A model generated the notes under the pieces. It was not told the origin of the DNA and ran no database searches. It saw only the letters and a list, made by a program, of their open reading frames with translations. Below are positions 1-13,746 of a stretch of 64,000 bases of DNA, one piece after another. Position 1 is the first letter of the stretch. The number at the start of each line of letters is the position of its first letter. Origin of the DNA: Selaginella moellendorffii (Eukaryota; Plantae; Lycopodiophyta); NCBI RefSeq assembly GCF_000143415.4, contig NW_003314278.1, positions 264,371 through 328,370 of the forward strand, read 5' to 3'. A program made the position numbers and the translations under genes.

Positions 1-141
1 GTGTTCCAGCAGGCCTTGGAGATGGACCCCGAGAACTCGGCCACGTACATGACGGTCGCTAGTATCTTTCGTGAAAGATCCTCTCCGGTTGGAAGAATAT
101 TCCAAGCGCCAAAGAGAATAAAAGGGGGAAAGATGCTCTAA
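1..141 (+). CDS. 3' end of a probable PLS-class PPR protein (E-domain-like), partial at window edge
   Basis: Frame 1 reads VFQQALEMDPENSATYMTVASIFR...KML*, resembling the PPR E-motif LELDPENSAAYVLLSNIY; stop TAA at 139-141. Confidence 0.55.
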   Translation: MFQQALEMDPENSATYMTVASIFRERSSPVGRIFQAPKRIKGGKML

Positions 142-219
142 ATTTGAATATTCTTTAAAATATACTCTGAATATGCTCGTTTTAAAATCCTGAGCTCAGG
201 GTTTAAGAATTAGGGTTCT

Positions 220-1359
<1,140 letters not shown>

Positions 1360-1622
1360 GGAGTGAAAATATAGAGGGGCATACACGTCCAAAAGGTGGC
1401 GGATTTTCCCAGGTCAAACAGTAGCATAAGCTTTGTTAATACTATAAATACTTTTTTTAACAGGTGGACTTTCACATTAACAGTGTAAATATCGTAGCCA
1501 TGCAGGCAATCGTTACACGTCCAAAAGGTGGCAACTCGCAAGCCCTGGCAGTCAATCCAGGTCAAACAATAGTCAAAAAGTGTCAAAGAGCTGGATCTCG
1601 TAGAAGAAGAATCGTGGATGAG

Positions 1623-3698
1623 CTATGAACAGCGATGGTGTTGCTGTTGGTGCTGGTGCTTGCTCGACAGCTCCAGCAGCGCGTTGGCCTTCCTCCTGGC
1701 TCTCGCAGTCCCATTCTGTGCGAGCTCCGCCAGCGCCTCCGCCGCTCCCAGCTCCAGCGCCGCCACCAGATGGCTCGAATCGTTGACACCCAAGGCATAG
1801 AGCAGCGCCGCCGCGTTCTCTCTGTTCCTGGGCGACCCCGTCTTGATCAGCTCCACCAGCACCGGCACCGCCCCGGACTGCCCGATCGCCAGCCGCCCCT
1901 CCGGGTGCGTCGCCAGTATCGCGAGGATGGTGAGCGACTCGTCCACCATCGCCATGCTTTGGTTGACGAGCAAGTCCATGAGGTGGGGGACGACGCCGGA
2001 TCGCACAGCTCGGGCCTTGTTGCTCTGGTAGATCGAGAGGTTGAAGAGGGCGGTGGCCGCGTCCTTCTTCCCCCTGGCGCTTCCATCCCGGAGCAACTCC
2101 ACCAGCGCCGGGATCGCCCCCGAGGCGCCGATGGTGATCTTGTTCTCGTCCACCACCGAGAGGCTGAAGAGCGTCGCGGCGGCGTTCTCCCTGGCCTCCA
2201 TGCTGCCCGACTTGAGCACCTCCACGATGGGATCGATGGCCCCGAGCATGACGATGGGGCCTTTGTTGTTGTCGTTGATGGAGAGGTTGAGGAGAGCCGT
2301 GACTGCGTGTTCTTGCGTCCGGAGGTCCTTGGTTGCGAGGAGATTCACCAGGTGACGGAGCGCTCCGGCCTCGGCTATGCAGTCTCGGTTCTCGGCGCTT
2401 TTCTTCGCGAGCAGCCGGATCTCCCCTGCAGCGGCCCTCTGTAAGTCGGGCTGGCCACTCGCGAGCTTTTGGACGAGCCCGTCGATGGTTGCTCGCTCCG
2501 GGAAAGAAGAGTTCTCGGCCGCGCAGCTCTTTCGGCTGGTCCCCATCCTCTGAGGGACGTCCACGCCATTGCTCTCGCACCACTGGGAGATGAGGCTCTT
2601 TAGCACGAAGTTTGACGTGAGCACCTGATGGGGAAGAACTTGCTGTGTCTTGGGACAGGTTTTATGGCCCGTGTCAAGCCACTTCTGGATGCTTGCTCGT
2701 TCATAAGTCTGCAAGCATGCTTATGAGAAGAGAGAAGAAAGAAAACGTGAAAGCGAACCTGTCCAGTAGCCACGATCACGGGATCCTTCATGAGCTCCAA
2801 GGATATGGGACAGCGAAAATCATCAGGTATTACAGCGAGGGTTGACGCATCCGTGCGCGCCATCTGACTAGAGAGATCTTCTGGAGCAGCAGTGTTGTCG
2901 GGCGTTTGGATAGAGCTGAGCAGCTGAAGAGCTCTCTTTACTCTCTCATCAATCCCGTTCTCTCCCTTCACTTTATGGAAAGCTTGACTTTCCTTTCGTA
3001 CCTCCGCGGAAGTTTTGAGATTCAAACCTTCCGCCAGCCTGCGCAATGCCGACTGGTCCACCTCCTCAGGAGTGCCGGATATAACACTGAGGAGATCGTC
3101 GTGCAGCCGGGCTTCAAGGGTGTTGGCACAGATCTTTGCCCTCTTGAGCTGGGAATGAAGAAGCTGGACCTGAGAAAAAAAAATTACAGCGATGAGGAGA
3201 ACAAGCTCACAACTCGTATGCTAGAATACCTGTTCGCAGACTTCGTCTGAAACATCCAGCTTCTCCAGCGACAAATGATCCAGAGACCCAGCTAAAAGTC
3301 TCGCGATCTCGAGAAACCTCTTAGTCAGTGTCTCCCTCTCGAGTACCTAGGCATAAAGAAAGAGAACCAACAAACGAAAAAATCAATCTTTTGCTAGACA
3401 TGGAATTCGCGAAAGATCTCTTCGTACGTACCAGGTACAGCTTGGGTCCCGCTTGACACAAGGAAACCAGCTGCTTTGCCTTGAGAGTTGCCGTTAGAAG
3501 ACCATTCACAGCATCGTCGGGGAGGGAATGGTGCTTGAGCTCGCGGATTTCCTCGAGCAATGGCAGCATCAATCTGAGCCTCCTCACGAGCTGGGAGCAC
3601 TCCCTCTTGTAGAGCTTCGTCCGGCCCCCAATCCATGCCACGGCATTGACGACCTTGATAAGCTCCTCGGCGGAGCCGCGCTGCTGCTGCTCTGCCAT
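1623..3698 (-). CDS. Plant U-box/ARM-repeat E3 ubiquitin ligase (PUB13/14-like)
   Basis: N-terminal UND region, U-box [32 protein letters not shown], and ARM repeats [37 protein letters not shown]. Confidence 0.93.
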
Positions 3699-4741
3699 TG
3701 CCCACCCTCCCGAGCCGGGGAAAGACTAGCTAAGCTTCTTCATGACCTAGCTCGCCCAGATCTGCGTGCTCGCAGCTGGAACCGCTGGAATCCCCGCAAC
3801 AACCTCCCTCACAGATAGAATCGGGGCTAGAATCACTGAAATCCCATTCTCCGGAGCTAGAATCGACTAGAAACCGCGGCGCCTGACCTGGAAATCGCTG
3901 GAATCGCATTCGCGCGGGGAAAGAAGCTGCATTGCCGCTGACAGTGGCGTCAAGACGCGGCCGTGGCGGATCGTCGAGGAGAAGAGCAGGGATTCGATGC
4001 AAAGCGCGGGGACAAAGCGCTGGACAGCGGAGAACAAAACGCACAGAGAGCTCTCCTCTTTGAAATAAAATGGGCCCATGGTCATGGCCATGACCACAAT
4101 GACGTCACGGCCCATGTGGCATATGCTGGCATATGCTAATTTTTATGGATTTTCCAGTACGTGGTTTCTATTGCGGGGAATGTCCAAATAGTGGCAGCAT
4201 GGTTTTTTAATCTTGTACATCCTGGATCTTATCACCAAACAAGTTGATAGATACAAACAATGTGAAAGTTGCTTCTTTCTTTACGATTTTTTCTTTTAAG
4301 CGAATGATTGGTCGAGCCAGGACGGAGGGGATCCATTCGCAATCGCAAAGAGACCACTGCCATCTTACTTTAAGAACATTTGGCGTTGAAAAGGCACTGG
4401 ATTGGAGCTAAAACCATAGCTTCTGAGATCATCAATAGCACAGCATTAGAACGGTCGCGACTGAAACTTCCAAACCACCAGACAACGATCGATGGTCGTC
4501 GGGTCAGGGCTCGAAGACGAAAGAGAGCTAGAGCTATGACTCCCTAGAGCTACAAATCTAGTAAAACTTCCACGGAAAAAAAATAAAAAATGAGATGGAG
4601 ATGGGGAAAAAAACAAAAAAAACCACTGACTTGAAATGCTTGCCTTGTACTCGGAGAGGACGATTCGATTCGAGAGACCCGGCTGAGTGAAAACACTCGT
4701 TTTGATGAGGTAAGCTTGTCTGCCCGCTACAAATATTTCAC

Positions 4742-5010
4742 TTAATTGCCTGTTGCCTGTTCGTGTGCCCGTGTCAGTCCTGAGAAAGAAAAAAGAAAAA
4801 AAACGGAAGAAGAATTACAAAGCATAACAACATAAAACAAAAGAGAACCAACCTTTCAAATGCGTTTCTCGCCTGAGACAAAAAGGGAAAAAAAAAGGAA
4901 GCGAGATAGATAGATAGAGATCGAGAAAATAAATTCCATCTATCTATCTATCTATCTATCTATCGTCTCACCAACTACAGCACTCCTTACCTCACGAAAG
5001 TCAAGCACAT
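4742..5010 (-). other. Spliced micro-exon unit just downstream of the RING E3 stop; possible 25-aa ORF MCLTFVRRETHLKGLTRAHEQATGN, or a spliced ncRNA/3'UTR
   Basis: Exons 5010-4991, 4872-4853 (20 nt) and 4779-4631, with GT donors and pyrimidine-tract/AG acceptors; a further intron at 4630-4558. Confidence 0.45.
4904..4964. repeat. (GATA)n / (TATC)n microsatellites in inverted arrangement
   Basis: agatagatagataga at ~4904-4918 and (tatc)6 at ~4941-4964; the tracts are complementary and lie inside a predicted intron. Confidence 0.8.
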
Positions 5011-5033
5011 ACCAGAGCGAAAGAAATTTTATA

Positions 5034-7530
5034 TTACAGCGGAGGTAAAGATCGACGACAAGTTGGACATTCCATTTTGATGTCCATCCATCGCTGGAGA
5101 CAGCCAGAGTGAAAAACATGGTCGCAAGGCGTAACCTGAAGAAACGAAGTGAAGCCTGAGACTGCGCAGAACTTGAATGCCTTACCATGCAATCGGAAGA
5201 GCGTTGTCCAATATCTACAGCAGCCATACAAATAACACAGTCCACAACCATGTTGTCACCATTAAGTCCAATCTGCAAAGCTGTTCGATCGATCCTTCGG
5301 AAGTAGCTGTACTTCTCCGGAAGAAACTGGCGATTGAAAACACCAACTTTTAGTCTAGAAAAACAGATGAAAAAGTAAGCACCTTTCGTGGAATGAACCA
5401 GCGCGATCCCAAGTAATGTTGAAGCAACAAGAAAAACGCTTGGAGTAGCAAGAAGGATGAAATACCGATACACCATCCAACATCAACCTCAATGCGCATA
5501 AAATTTCTCGGACAGCCAAATGCGTAGAGAGGTATAGCTAGCCGGGTCAATGTGATCCCAAGAATATAGTGAGGATGAAGAGGCTTTCGTGAATCACGAG
5601 CAACGTTTGCAACGATTTGAGGTATCCAAAACGCGTAGAAAACGACCAAAATATATCTCAGCATGGAATGAAGCTCATACATTATGAGAATTCCTCCAAG
5701 AAGAAATCCATCTGCAACACCAGTCGTCATTTCCAAATTCAGAAGTAAGCGCTGACGTACAGAACCGAGAATACAAGACAGACAGCTCGCGCCTCATGGC
5801 TTCCCATCCTTCTCCGGATGTGGCCGGCCTCCGCGCTTTCCAGATAGCTAGTAGATAGCGCATCTCAAAAATCGAAAATATAACAAACTTGAAGAATGCG
5901 GCGGTCGCAAAAGCATTGAACAGTGACTCTGCAAAAGTTATACAGATACTAAACCCAGCAACATAAACAAAATAGAACGACTTGCGTACCTACAAGGATC
6001 CCTGCAGTCAGATGAAGCAGACACAAGTACGCATCCATGATAGCTTGTTGACCGATCATTAAAAGAGATACTTTTGCAGCACCCTGTCAAACAATACATG
6101 ACTATCTGTCTAACGTACTTGGAAAGATTTCATACCGATTGCGTACTGCTGTGCTCCATCTGCCTTATCAAGAAAAGAACCTGCAAGAAGGAGATCTAAA
6201 GGCATCTCGTCAAGGATAGCAGCTGCATCAGGTAAACAGCAAAGGAATGAAGGATACAAAAGTGACCATCAACGTGTAATTGACGGCCTTGGTATAGTAC
6301 GCCTCAACATTTACAGAAGTTGCGTTGATCGCTATCGACGGAAAGCATTCGCCCTCGTCTTCGATCATTGGGCTCTCTATGGATCCACGCATTTGGTATG
6401 CATGGTGGTCGTCTGTAAGATTAAAGTTAAGTCTCATGTCTACATAAGAAAAATAAAAAATACCTGCGATAGCACTGACGATTTGCGTTGACAAATGCAC
6501 TTTGCATGTTTTGCTCATTTCCATTACAGCACCTAAACCTCAACAGTGAGCCAACCAGAACAACCGAGTGCCGGAAACAATCATATATCGAAACCACAAT
6601 GCTCCCTAATATCTATAATTACCATTTCTCTTCCTGGTATGAGGATGAGATCTAGGAGATTCTTGTAGAACCTGCAGCGAGAAAATGCCGAGCTGAATGA
6701 AATTCAGCCCATAAGTACCTTATACAGCTTCACATTCAGACGTTACCAGATGGTAGGGATTTGATGGAAACGAGTCGTCCACTTTCAGAAAGTCTGCTTC
6801 AGATGCACTGCAAACACCGATTAAGGTGAAGTCTCACCCAAAGGAACAACCAGAAAAGAAAAAAGCAAAAAAAAAAACGCACCTGCTTAAAACCATCCGT
6901 AATTGCCGAAATGGCCACACATACACTCCTTCCATTCGCATTTGAAGTAGCTGAGGATCATTTCCTTTCACGTACATCCCGTCCCATAACAGAATATGAC
7001 CCTGCCGAAATGCCGACAATCAGTCAAAGCCGTTTCGTATATGAAGAGAGCGCTAACGAGAAACCTGGACGTAGTGTACACCATGTATTTCCGTTGTGGA
7101 ACTAGAAAGCTCGACCACAAACGTTCCCATCGAGTTTTGAAAGTCTGGGAATCGAACGCTACCATTTTCTGGATTCTGTGTTCGCCATATCCCTGCACAA
7201 ACTTGCCGTCAAAAACGAGATCTCCAGTATTATCCAACGAAAAAAGTACCCTTGTAAGACCCGGAAACATTAAGCATTGGAAACGGACCAATTGAAAGCT
7301 CGTTTCCTTCTCCAGGGAGATCCTGGAACGAACAAAAGAGAGAAGAAAAGACTCCATCAAAACAACTGGAAGAAAGGAAGTCTACCAAATAAACGAACCT
7401 GTTGGAGCCAGGATGAATTCTCGTGATGAACATCCTTGTCTTTCAAGAGCCGGAGAGCTCCTGATTGTCCCCATAGACTGCAAACTAAAAGACTGGAAAG
7501 AACCAGCCGGATTGAGCAGCCTATCACCAT
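5034..7530 (-). CDS. Transmembrane RING-H2 E3 ligase (TUL1/Dsc1/FLY-like), multi-exon
   Basis: Signal-peptide-like N-terminus MVIGCSIRLVLSSLLVC; YYTKAVNYTLMVTF; MRYLLAIWKARRP; FWIPQIVANVARDSRKPL; C-terminal RING DCVICM..TPCDHVFHSGCLQRWMDIKMECPTCRRSLPP. The start codon is inferred. Confidence 0.88.
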
Positions 7531-8182
7531 TCCCGACGCCCTCTCAGTGGGATCATCGCTTACAACCTTCTTCTGGAGGAATTCTCATCACGCAGCCTGC
7601 CCCTAGCCTAGAACTGCCGTTTGGACGAAACCATGAGGCCACTGTTTATCTCTGACTTGTCCGCCAGTATCATACCCTAGAAGAAGCCTGCTGACGTTGA
7701 TTGCAATGGGCTGCCAGCCACGATGAACTCACCCACCAGCAGCTGGATTGGATCGCTATGTCGCGAAGGAAAAGAGAAAAAAATTCGCGATTATGCACGG
7801 CGATGGCGACGGACCGCTCGCCAAATGGCCAGCGGCGCAGGCGATGCCAAAATTTCGATCCAATCCCTGGTGTCCTGGAAGTAGAATCAAGGCGATCGCG
7901 ACGCAAACCTGGAACGCAGGGATTGGAATTGCATTGCCGCGCCGATTCGATCGACGCAGAGCCGCGCTTGCTCCAATCCGGGGAGGAGACGAGCGCAAGA
8001 ACGATGGCAAACCCTGGCGATTGCGCGCCCTAAATATAGGACCCCGGGAGAACGATGGAGGAGCGAAGTGGGATATTTCTTTCGTGAACCCCGCATTATC
8101 TTTACTTGGATAAAAACCGCGGTGAAAGGAAAAGCCATCCCACACTAGTGCCACGTGTCCAGTTTCTAGAGGTGTTGTAGCT

Positions 8183-9034
8183 ATGGCGGCATTGGGAGGA
8201 GCGTCGTGTATTGCGCGCCACGCGAGATTAGGTCTTCTCGCTCCAGCGATCCGGGGCAGGGTTTCGGTGAAATCTCGCTCGATCTGCAAGATCCGTGGAT
8301 TCTTTTGCTCGAATTCGTCCTCAGAGGTAGCGCCAGCGCCAGCGCCAACGGAATCAGCAGCTCCTGTTGTGGAATCAGGAGCTCGGGCCGCGGAATCGGA
8401 GGGTAATGGCGTGGATGCGTTGGATATCAGGGTAGGGAGGATCGTCAAGGCTTGGAAGCATCCGGAAGCCGATTCTTTGTATGTGGAGGAAGTGGACATG
8501 GCGGAGGAGTCCGGGCCACGGACGATTTGTAGCGGGCTTGTGAACTACGTGCCGGAAGATGAGCTCCAGGTAAGGTACATTTCTTTAGCATTCCTAAAAG
8601 GAAGAATTTTGTCAGGGAAAGCTTGTGGCTGTTCTTGCGAATCTCAAGCCTCGAAACATGAAAGGGGTGAAATCCAATGGGATGCTCTTGGCGGCCTCGG
8701 ACAAAGCTCACGAGAACGTCGAGCTTGTTATTCCTCCCGAAGGGTCTGTTCCTGGAGAGCGAATCTGGTTTGGATCCGAGGACCAGAAATCCTCCCAGGC
8801 TCCTGCTGCTACTCCCAACCAGGTACATTGGATTGTTTTCTATCATAGAACATTAGCATCCCATTGGTTCTTATGTTCTTCCTTGTGTAGCTCCAAAAGA
8901 AGAAACTTTGGGAAGCTCTTCAACCAAAGCTGACAACCGGCGAAGATCTGGTCGTGTACTTCGAAGGCCAGCCAATGCGAACCTCTGCCGGTGTTGTTAC
9001 ATCGAGATCGCTCATCGGAGCGAATGTTTCGTGA
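8183..9034 (+). CDS. Stand-alone tRNA-binding OB-fold protein (EMAPII/Arc1p/MetRS-C type) with an organellar transit-peptide-like N-terminus
   Basis: [60 protein letters not shown]; Ala/Arg/Ser-rich N-terminus; 46-nt intron at 8570-8615. Confidence 0.88.
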
Positions 9035-9626
9035 AATCGGTATGCCATCTTTTTGTTCTCTGTCCTTATTTTGCAAACTTCAGGCAGGAAAAAGATCGCA
9101 CAGCCTGTTTGTTCTTGGCGTCACGGGCTTGTGTGAACTGCAAAGATCATCGCTGGCAAGATCTCCGGCACAACGTTCTTGGATCTGGGTGTGATCAGCT
9201 TCTCGCGAGTCGAATTCGAGCTGATCATCAATCTGCGATGTCGTCAGGCTGACATGGAACTCTCAACAGGCTGCTCGATCACGACTTCATGGTGGTTATC
9301 GTCCCGGTGATGAGAGTAGCGTTCCCGATGATCGTGGAAATCACACCAAATCCACCATATCTCAGATTTTGCCAAGCTCTCAAGAAGAAGTCTGCTTCCA
9401 TGGATTTTCAAGGAGGGGCTGCAAGATCAGATCCAAGGGGCAGAGCTTTTTTTTTTTGCAGGAAGCGATCGTTACTATGGTTTTAGCAACTGGAATCGTT
9501 CTGTAGCGTTACTTTCCCGCGCTTTGGCCATAAGAGCCCTAATTTTCCAATATGGTCAAATCCTGGCCGTGCATTTCTCTTTTCTCTCTTATCCGATAAA
9601 GAGGGTTTTTGGTTCTCGTCTCGGCG

Positions 9627-12600
9627 ATGGCCGCCGTCTCCTCCCAGGCGCTACACAATGCCAGGCTTCTATCATGTCCGCAAGCGTCGCCGTTGCTGTC
9701 GCGGCCAAGATCGGTTGAGGTGAGCGAAATATTTCGATCCCGCAAGAGGAGGAGCGCATGAATTCTTTCGTTTCTTTCGGCGCAGGCGCAGCAGCAGCAC
9801 AGTAGGAAACTCTCGCGCGTTTGTGTCCGTGCGACCAAGGCTGTCGTCTCAGCTCCGGCTCAGGAGCCAGCTCCTCTCGAATCGAAGGTATTTGGATCGC
9901 TAAGAAAAAAAAATTCATCCACTAAAGCTCGGCTGTGATATAGAAAACATACTTGAGATTGGTACAACTAACCGACGACACGTTCAGCTTGAGAGATCAA
10001 AGCCTAGAGCGGCTCAAGTTTGAGGTAATTGGTGTCTCTTTAATTTTCCCATCTTTCCGACTGTGAAAGCTAATGTGGAAGTTATAGGTGGAGTATGGTT
10101 TGAAGGCTGGCACCACCGACAACTCGTATATTATCAAAGGCCAAAGTTGCACAGCACTGATTGATGTACCTGACCAAACATTCACGAAAGGTCACGTTGA
10201 TGCTCTGGCTCAAGCCATCAGCATGGAGAGCTTAAAGTACCTTGTGCTTGGTCACATAAGTCCCAAACGACTGCAGACGCTGATCGCAATAGGCGACGCT
10301 ATTCCTGAAAATGGTTAGTGGTTGTTATTTTTGATTTGGATCGTAATGAAGCCGTGGGACTTGCAGCTCTTCCCTTGCAGGTGTATTGCTCCAATCCAGC
10401 TGCAGTCCAGCTTACGTCGTCTCTGCCAGAAGAATACAAGGCTAAAGTGCTGTCCATCAATGTTGTAAAGTCCGGCGAGACTTTAGACCTTGGAAATGGT
10501 CAGTATCTTCCTCACTGCTCACCTTTATTTTTTGCTTTTGTAATTTCAGTTCTACTACTCAGTAGAAAACTAACCAACAGGCCACGAGTTGCAGTTTATT
10601 CTCACGCCAACGCCAAGGTGGCCCGATGGGATGTGCACATACGACCCTTCTAGTCAGCTTTTGTTCACCCAGAAGCTTTTCAGGTATGGCATTACCAGTA
10701 TGACAAGTTTCATGGGGCGCATCTGTAGCGTGTTGTTGCAGTGCACACATTTGCACAGATACCGATTTTGATGTTGGAGGATGGGAAGTTTTTGGAGAGC
10801 ACTGGAGATTTTTTTATGAGTGCATGCTCGGACCAGTTTCAAAACAGGTATTGATCGTGCTTTTATATATGTATTCAAACTGAATCTTGGAGAACTATAG
10901 GCTGATGCTGCTCTTCGAAAACTTCCGATTGTGGCACAGTTTTCACCACCAAGCTATGCTGGTAAAGCAGGTGTTGACGTTATAAAGGTGAGCGCTTTTC
11001 GAAACATTTTGCACGTTGTAAGCTTTGTTCTTTGGTTACCAGGCAGACATACAATATGTCCTGTCTGGTTTATTGAGTCCTCTGAATCTTTCAATCGGCG
11101 CCTCTGCTGTATTGGCCAAGACCACAACTGATTCAAATAAAGAGCTAGTTGTGTCTGCAATCTGCCCACTTCATGGGCCTATCGTTCGCTCATCAGTCAC
11201 GGAACTTGTTAGGGAATACCGGGCGGTAAGATTTGTGAGGGAAATCTGTTGGGAACTCACTCGGTTGTTTTATAGTGGACACAAGAAAAAATTAAACAGA
11301 TTGACGATGGCCTAATAGCTGTCATATATGCTTCTGCTTATGGAAATACGGCTGCTCTTGCTCAGGCCATCAGGTAAATACTAACTGTCCACATCTCTCT
11401 TGTGATTAGCTTGTTTATTTTGCAGCCGTGGAATCTCTAAGGCTGGCCTTGGAGTCGAAAGTTTGAATACGGAAGATTGTGGAATAGAAGAAGTTAGTGC
11501 TTTGGTTCGACGTTCTAATGCTTTTGTTATCGGGAGTCCCACCCTTGCTGGTCACATGCCTACTCCAATTCAGGTTAATATGTTCTCTTGTCAATTTCTA
11601 TTGTCTAACTCTTACTGTAGAATGCTCTGGGAGCAATTCTAAGCGATACCACTGCAAGAACAAAACCATGTGGTGTTTTCGGATCATTTGGATGGAGTGG
11701 AGAAGCAGTTGACGAAATGGAGCAGAAACTAAAGGATGCTGGATTCTCATTTGCTTTCCCGGCTATCCGATGCAAATTCAAGGTATGAGTTCCTAGCTCT
11801 CCAGTTCTCTTAGCTTGTTGGAAACTGCAGCCCACGGAGGCAACTCTTCAGACATGCGAAGAAAGCGGCACAGACATTGCGCAGACCGTGAAACGGGCAA
11901 AGCTCAAAACCAAAGAGTCTGTTGCACAACAATATGTATTGGCATCTTCTGTGGAGCAGGTCTTCTTGTTTTTTTTTTTCTAGACTTTGCTTTACGGTAA
12001 TCTTACATTTCCTTTATCAGGCCGCTGGAAGAGTTGTTGGTGCATTATGTGTTTTGTCTGCAAGAAATGGTGATGCCGAAAGCGCTATGCTTGCGTCATG
12101 GGTCAGCCAAGCAAGCTTTCTGCCCCCGGGTCTCACTGTAGCGGTAAGTAAAGAATGTGTTTCAAAGTTTTCACGCTTAATTAGTCGTTTTGTAGGTTGC
12201 AAAAGAAAGAGCGGTGGAAAGCTTGGTACTCCCAGGAGCCAGCTTTGTACTAAATGTACTCGGGCAAGGGAAATCCAGCGCTATCAGCCGGCAGCTTTTG
12301 AAGCCATTCAAGCCCGGTGAGCCTCGGTTTGGTGCACTCGAAACAAAGGAGGCCAGCAATGGTGGTAAAATTTTGACGGATGCGGTAAAGCTAAATTTCG
12401 TGTTAATGTCCGATAGCCTTTTTAATCTCTTTATTTTGTACAGATCGCATGGCTAGAATGCACGGTGCAAAGTCGAATGGAAGCTGGAGACCATTGGTTG
12501 CTCTACGCAGTTGTGGAGAATGGCGAGTTACAGGTCTCATAATTTTGCGTTTGCGTTTTCGTGCGTAACCTGTTCCATTGCAGGATGCTAAGAGTCTGAC

Positions 12601-12637
12601 TGCTGTTCACCATCGTAAGACGGGTTCGCGCTACTAA
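9627..12637 (+). CDS. FLVA: Chloroplast flavodiiron protein, FLVA (Flv1-like), multi-exon
   Basis: Beta-lactamase-like domain (EYGLKAGTTDNSYII; non-canonical LGHISPKR; TPTPRWPDG; HGPI), flavodoxin domain (YASAYGNT, GSPTLAGHMPT, FGSFGWSGEA) and flavin-reductase domain (MLASWVSQASF, AVHHRKTG). The canonical HxExDH is absent, as in Flv1-type proteins. Confidence 0.9.
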
Positions 12638-12766
12638 CCCCGTAGTTTGTTTTACAGGCCGTTTTTAATATTAAATATGGTTCCCGCGATTTTATGCTGC
12701 CGCGTGGCTTAGTGACAAGCTATCTTTGCGAGTCGGGAAAGGGAAGGGCTTGCTTCGAGTTGAATC

Positions 12767-13612
12767 ATGGCAGGAGGAAGCGGCGACATCGAAAGTGCTC
12801 GAAGCACCAGCGACTTGGATTTGCGATGGGGTTTTATCAGGAAGGTGTATGGGATCCTGATGAGCCAGCTCGTCCTTACAGCGATTGTTGCTGGCATTGT
12901 TGTTGCTGTGAAGCCGATCAACAGAGCCTTGGGACACACCCCATGGATATCGCTCGCGTTAGGCGTTTTCGCTCTCATACGTAAGTATTTGATTTCTCAT
13001 AACAAGTTTTGACTTTTTTTCCCTGGCAGTGTTGTGCCCCCTCTACATTTATCGCCAGAAGCATCCACTCAACCTCATCCTTCTGGGTTTCTTCACCATC
13101 TTATTAAGCTTAACGGTTGGTTTCGTGTGTGCTTATACTCGAGGTAATGTTTTTGTGTTCACCTTGAGTCGGAACTTTTCCTGATTTCTCCCCTACAGGG
13201 GAGATTGTATTGCAAGCATTGATTCTTACCGCAACAATTACGATCGGTTTGACGCTTTTTACATTTTGGGCGGTGAATCGAGGATACGATTTCGGCTTCT
13301 TGGGACCGTTGCTTTTTGCATCAGTACTGGTGTTGATAGTTTGGGGAATCATCCAGGTACGCGCATTCAGCATAAGTTCATCACCCCTGTCACCAAAACG
13401 CAATGCAGGCATTCTTTCCCATTGTGCGAATGTTGACGAGCGTTTACACGCTCCTTGGAGCGCTAATATTCAGCCTCTACATCGTTTATGACACTTATTT
13501 GTTGATCCAACGCTTTGACTACGACGAGTACGTTTGGGCAGCCGTGAATCTCTACATTGATGTGATCAACCTTTTCCTGTACATTTTACAATTCTTGCGC
13601 GGCAATCCTTAA
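12767..13612 (+). CDS. Bax inhibitor-1 family / Lifeguard (TMBIM) protein
   Basis: LRWGFIRKVYGIL, HPLNLILLGFFT, DFGFLGPLLF, YIVYDT..YDEYVWAAVNLYIDVINLFL. Confidence 0.92.
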
Positions 13613-13746
13613 TAGTGGAGTAAGCTCTCGACCATGTGCTCACGTTATTCACGTGAACACAAAAGCAACACACGGTTCAGACACCGTACACAAAAGCAAA
13701 CGATACGGTCCACACTTTTACATGTACATATAGATCAGGTTAGTGC

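Noticed and set aside
1573-2583. Long alternative-frame and antisense ORFs over PUB, PLA1, CHMP1 and the UGTs
   Set aside because: These are shadow ORFs expected from GC-rich codon usage and show no recognisable domains.
9100-9420. Short hairpin (tgatcagct...agctgatca at ~9192-9227) and C/D-box-like words; possible miRNA, snoRNA or small ORF
   Set aside because: The stem is too short for a plant pre-miRNA, the box spacing is unconvincing, and no frame gave a recognisable protein.
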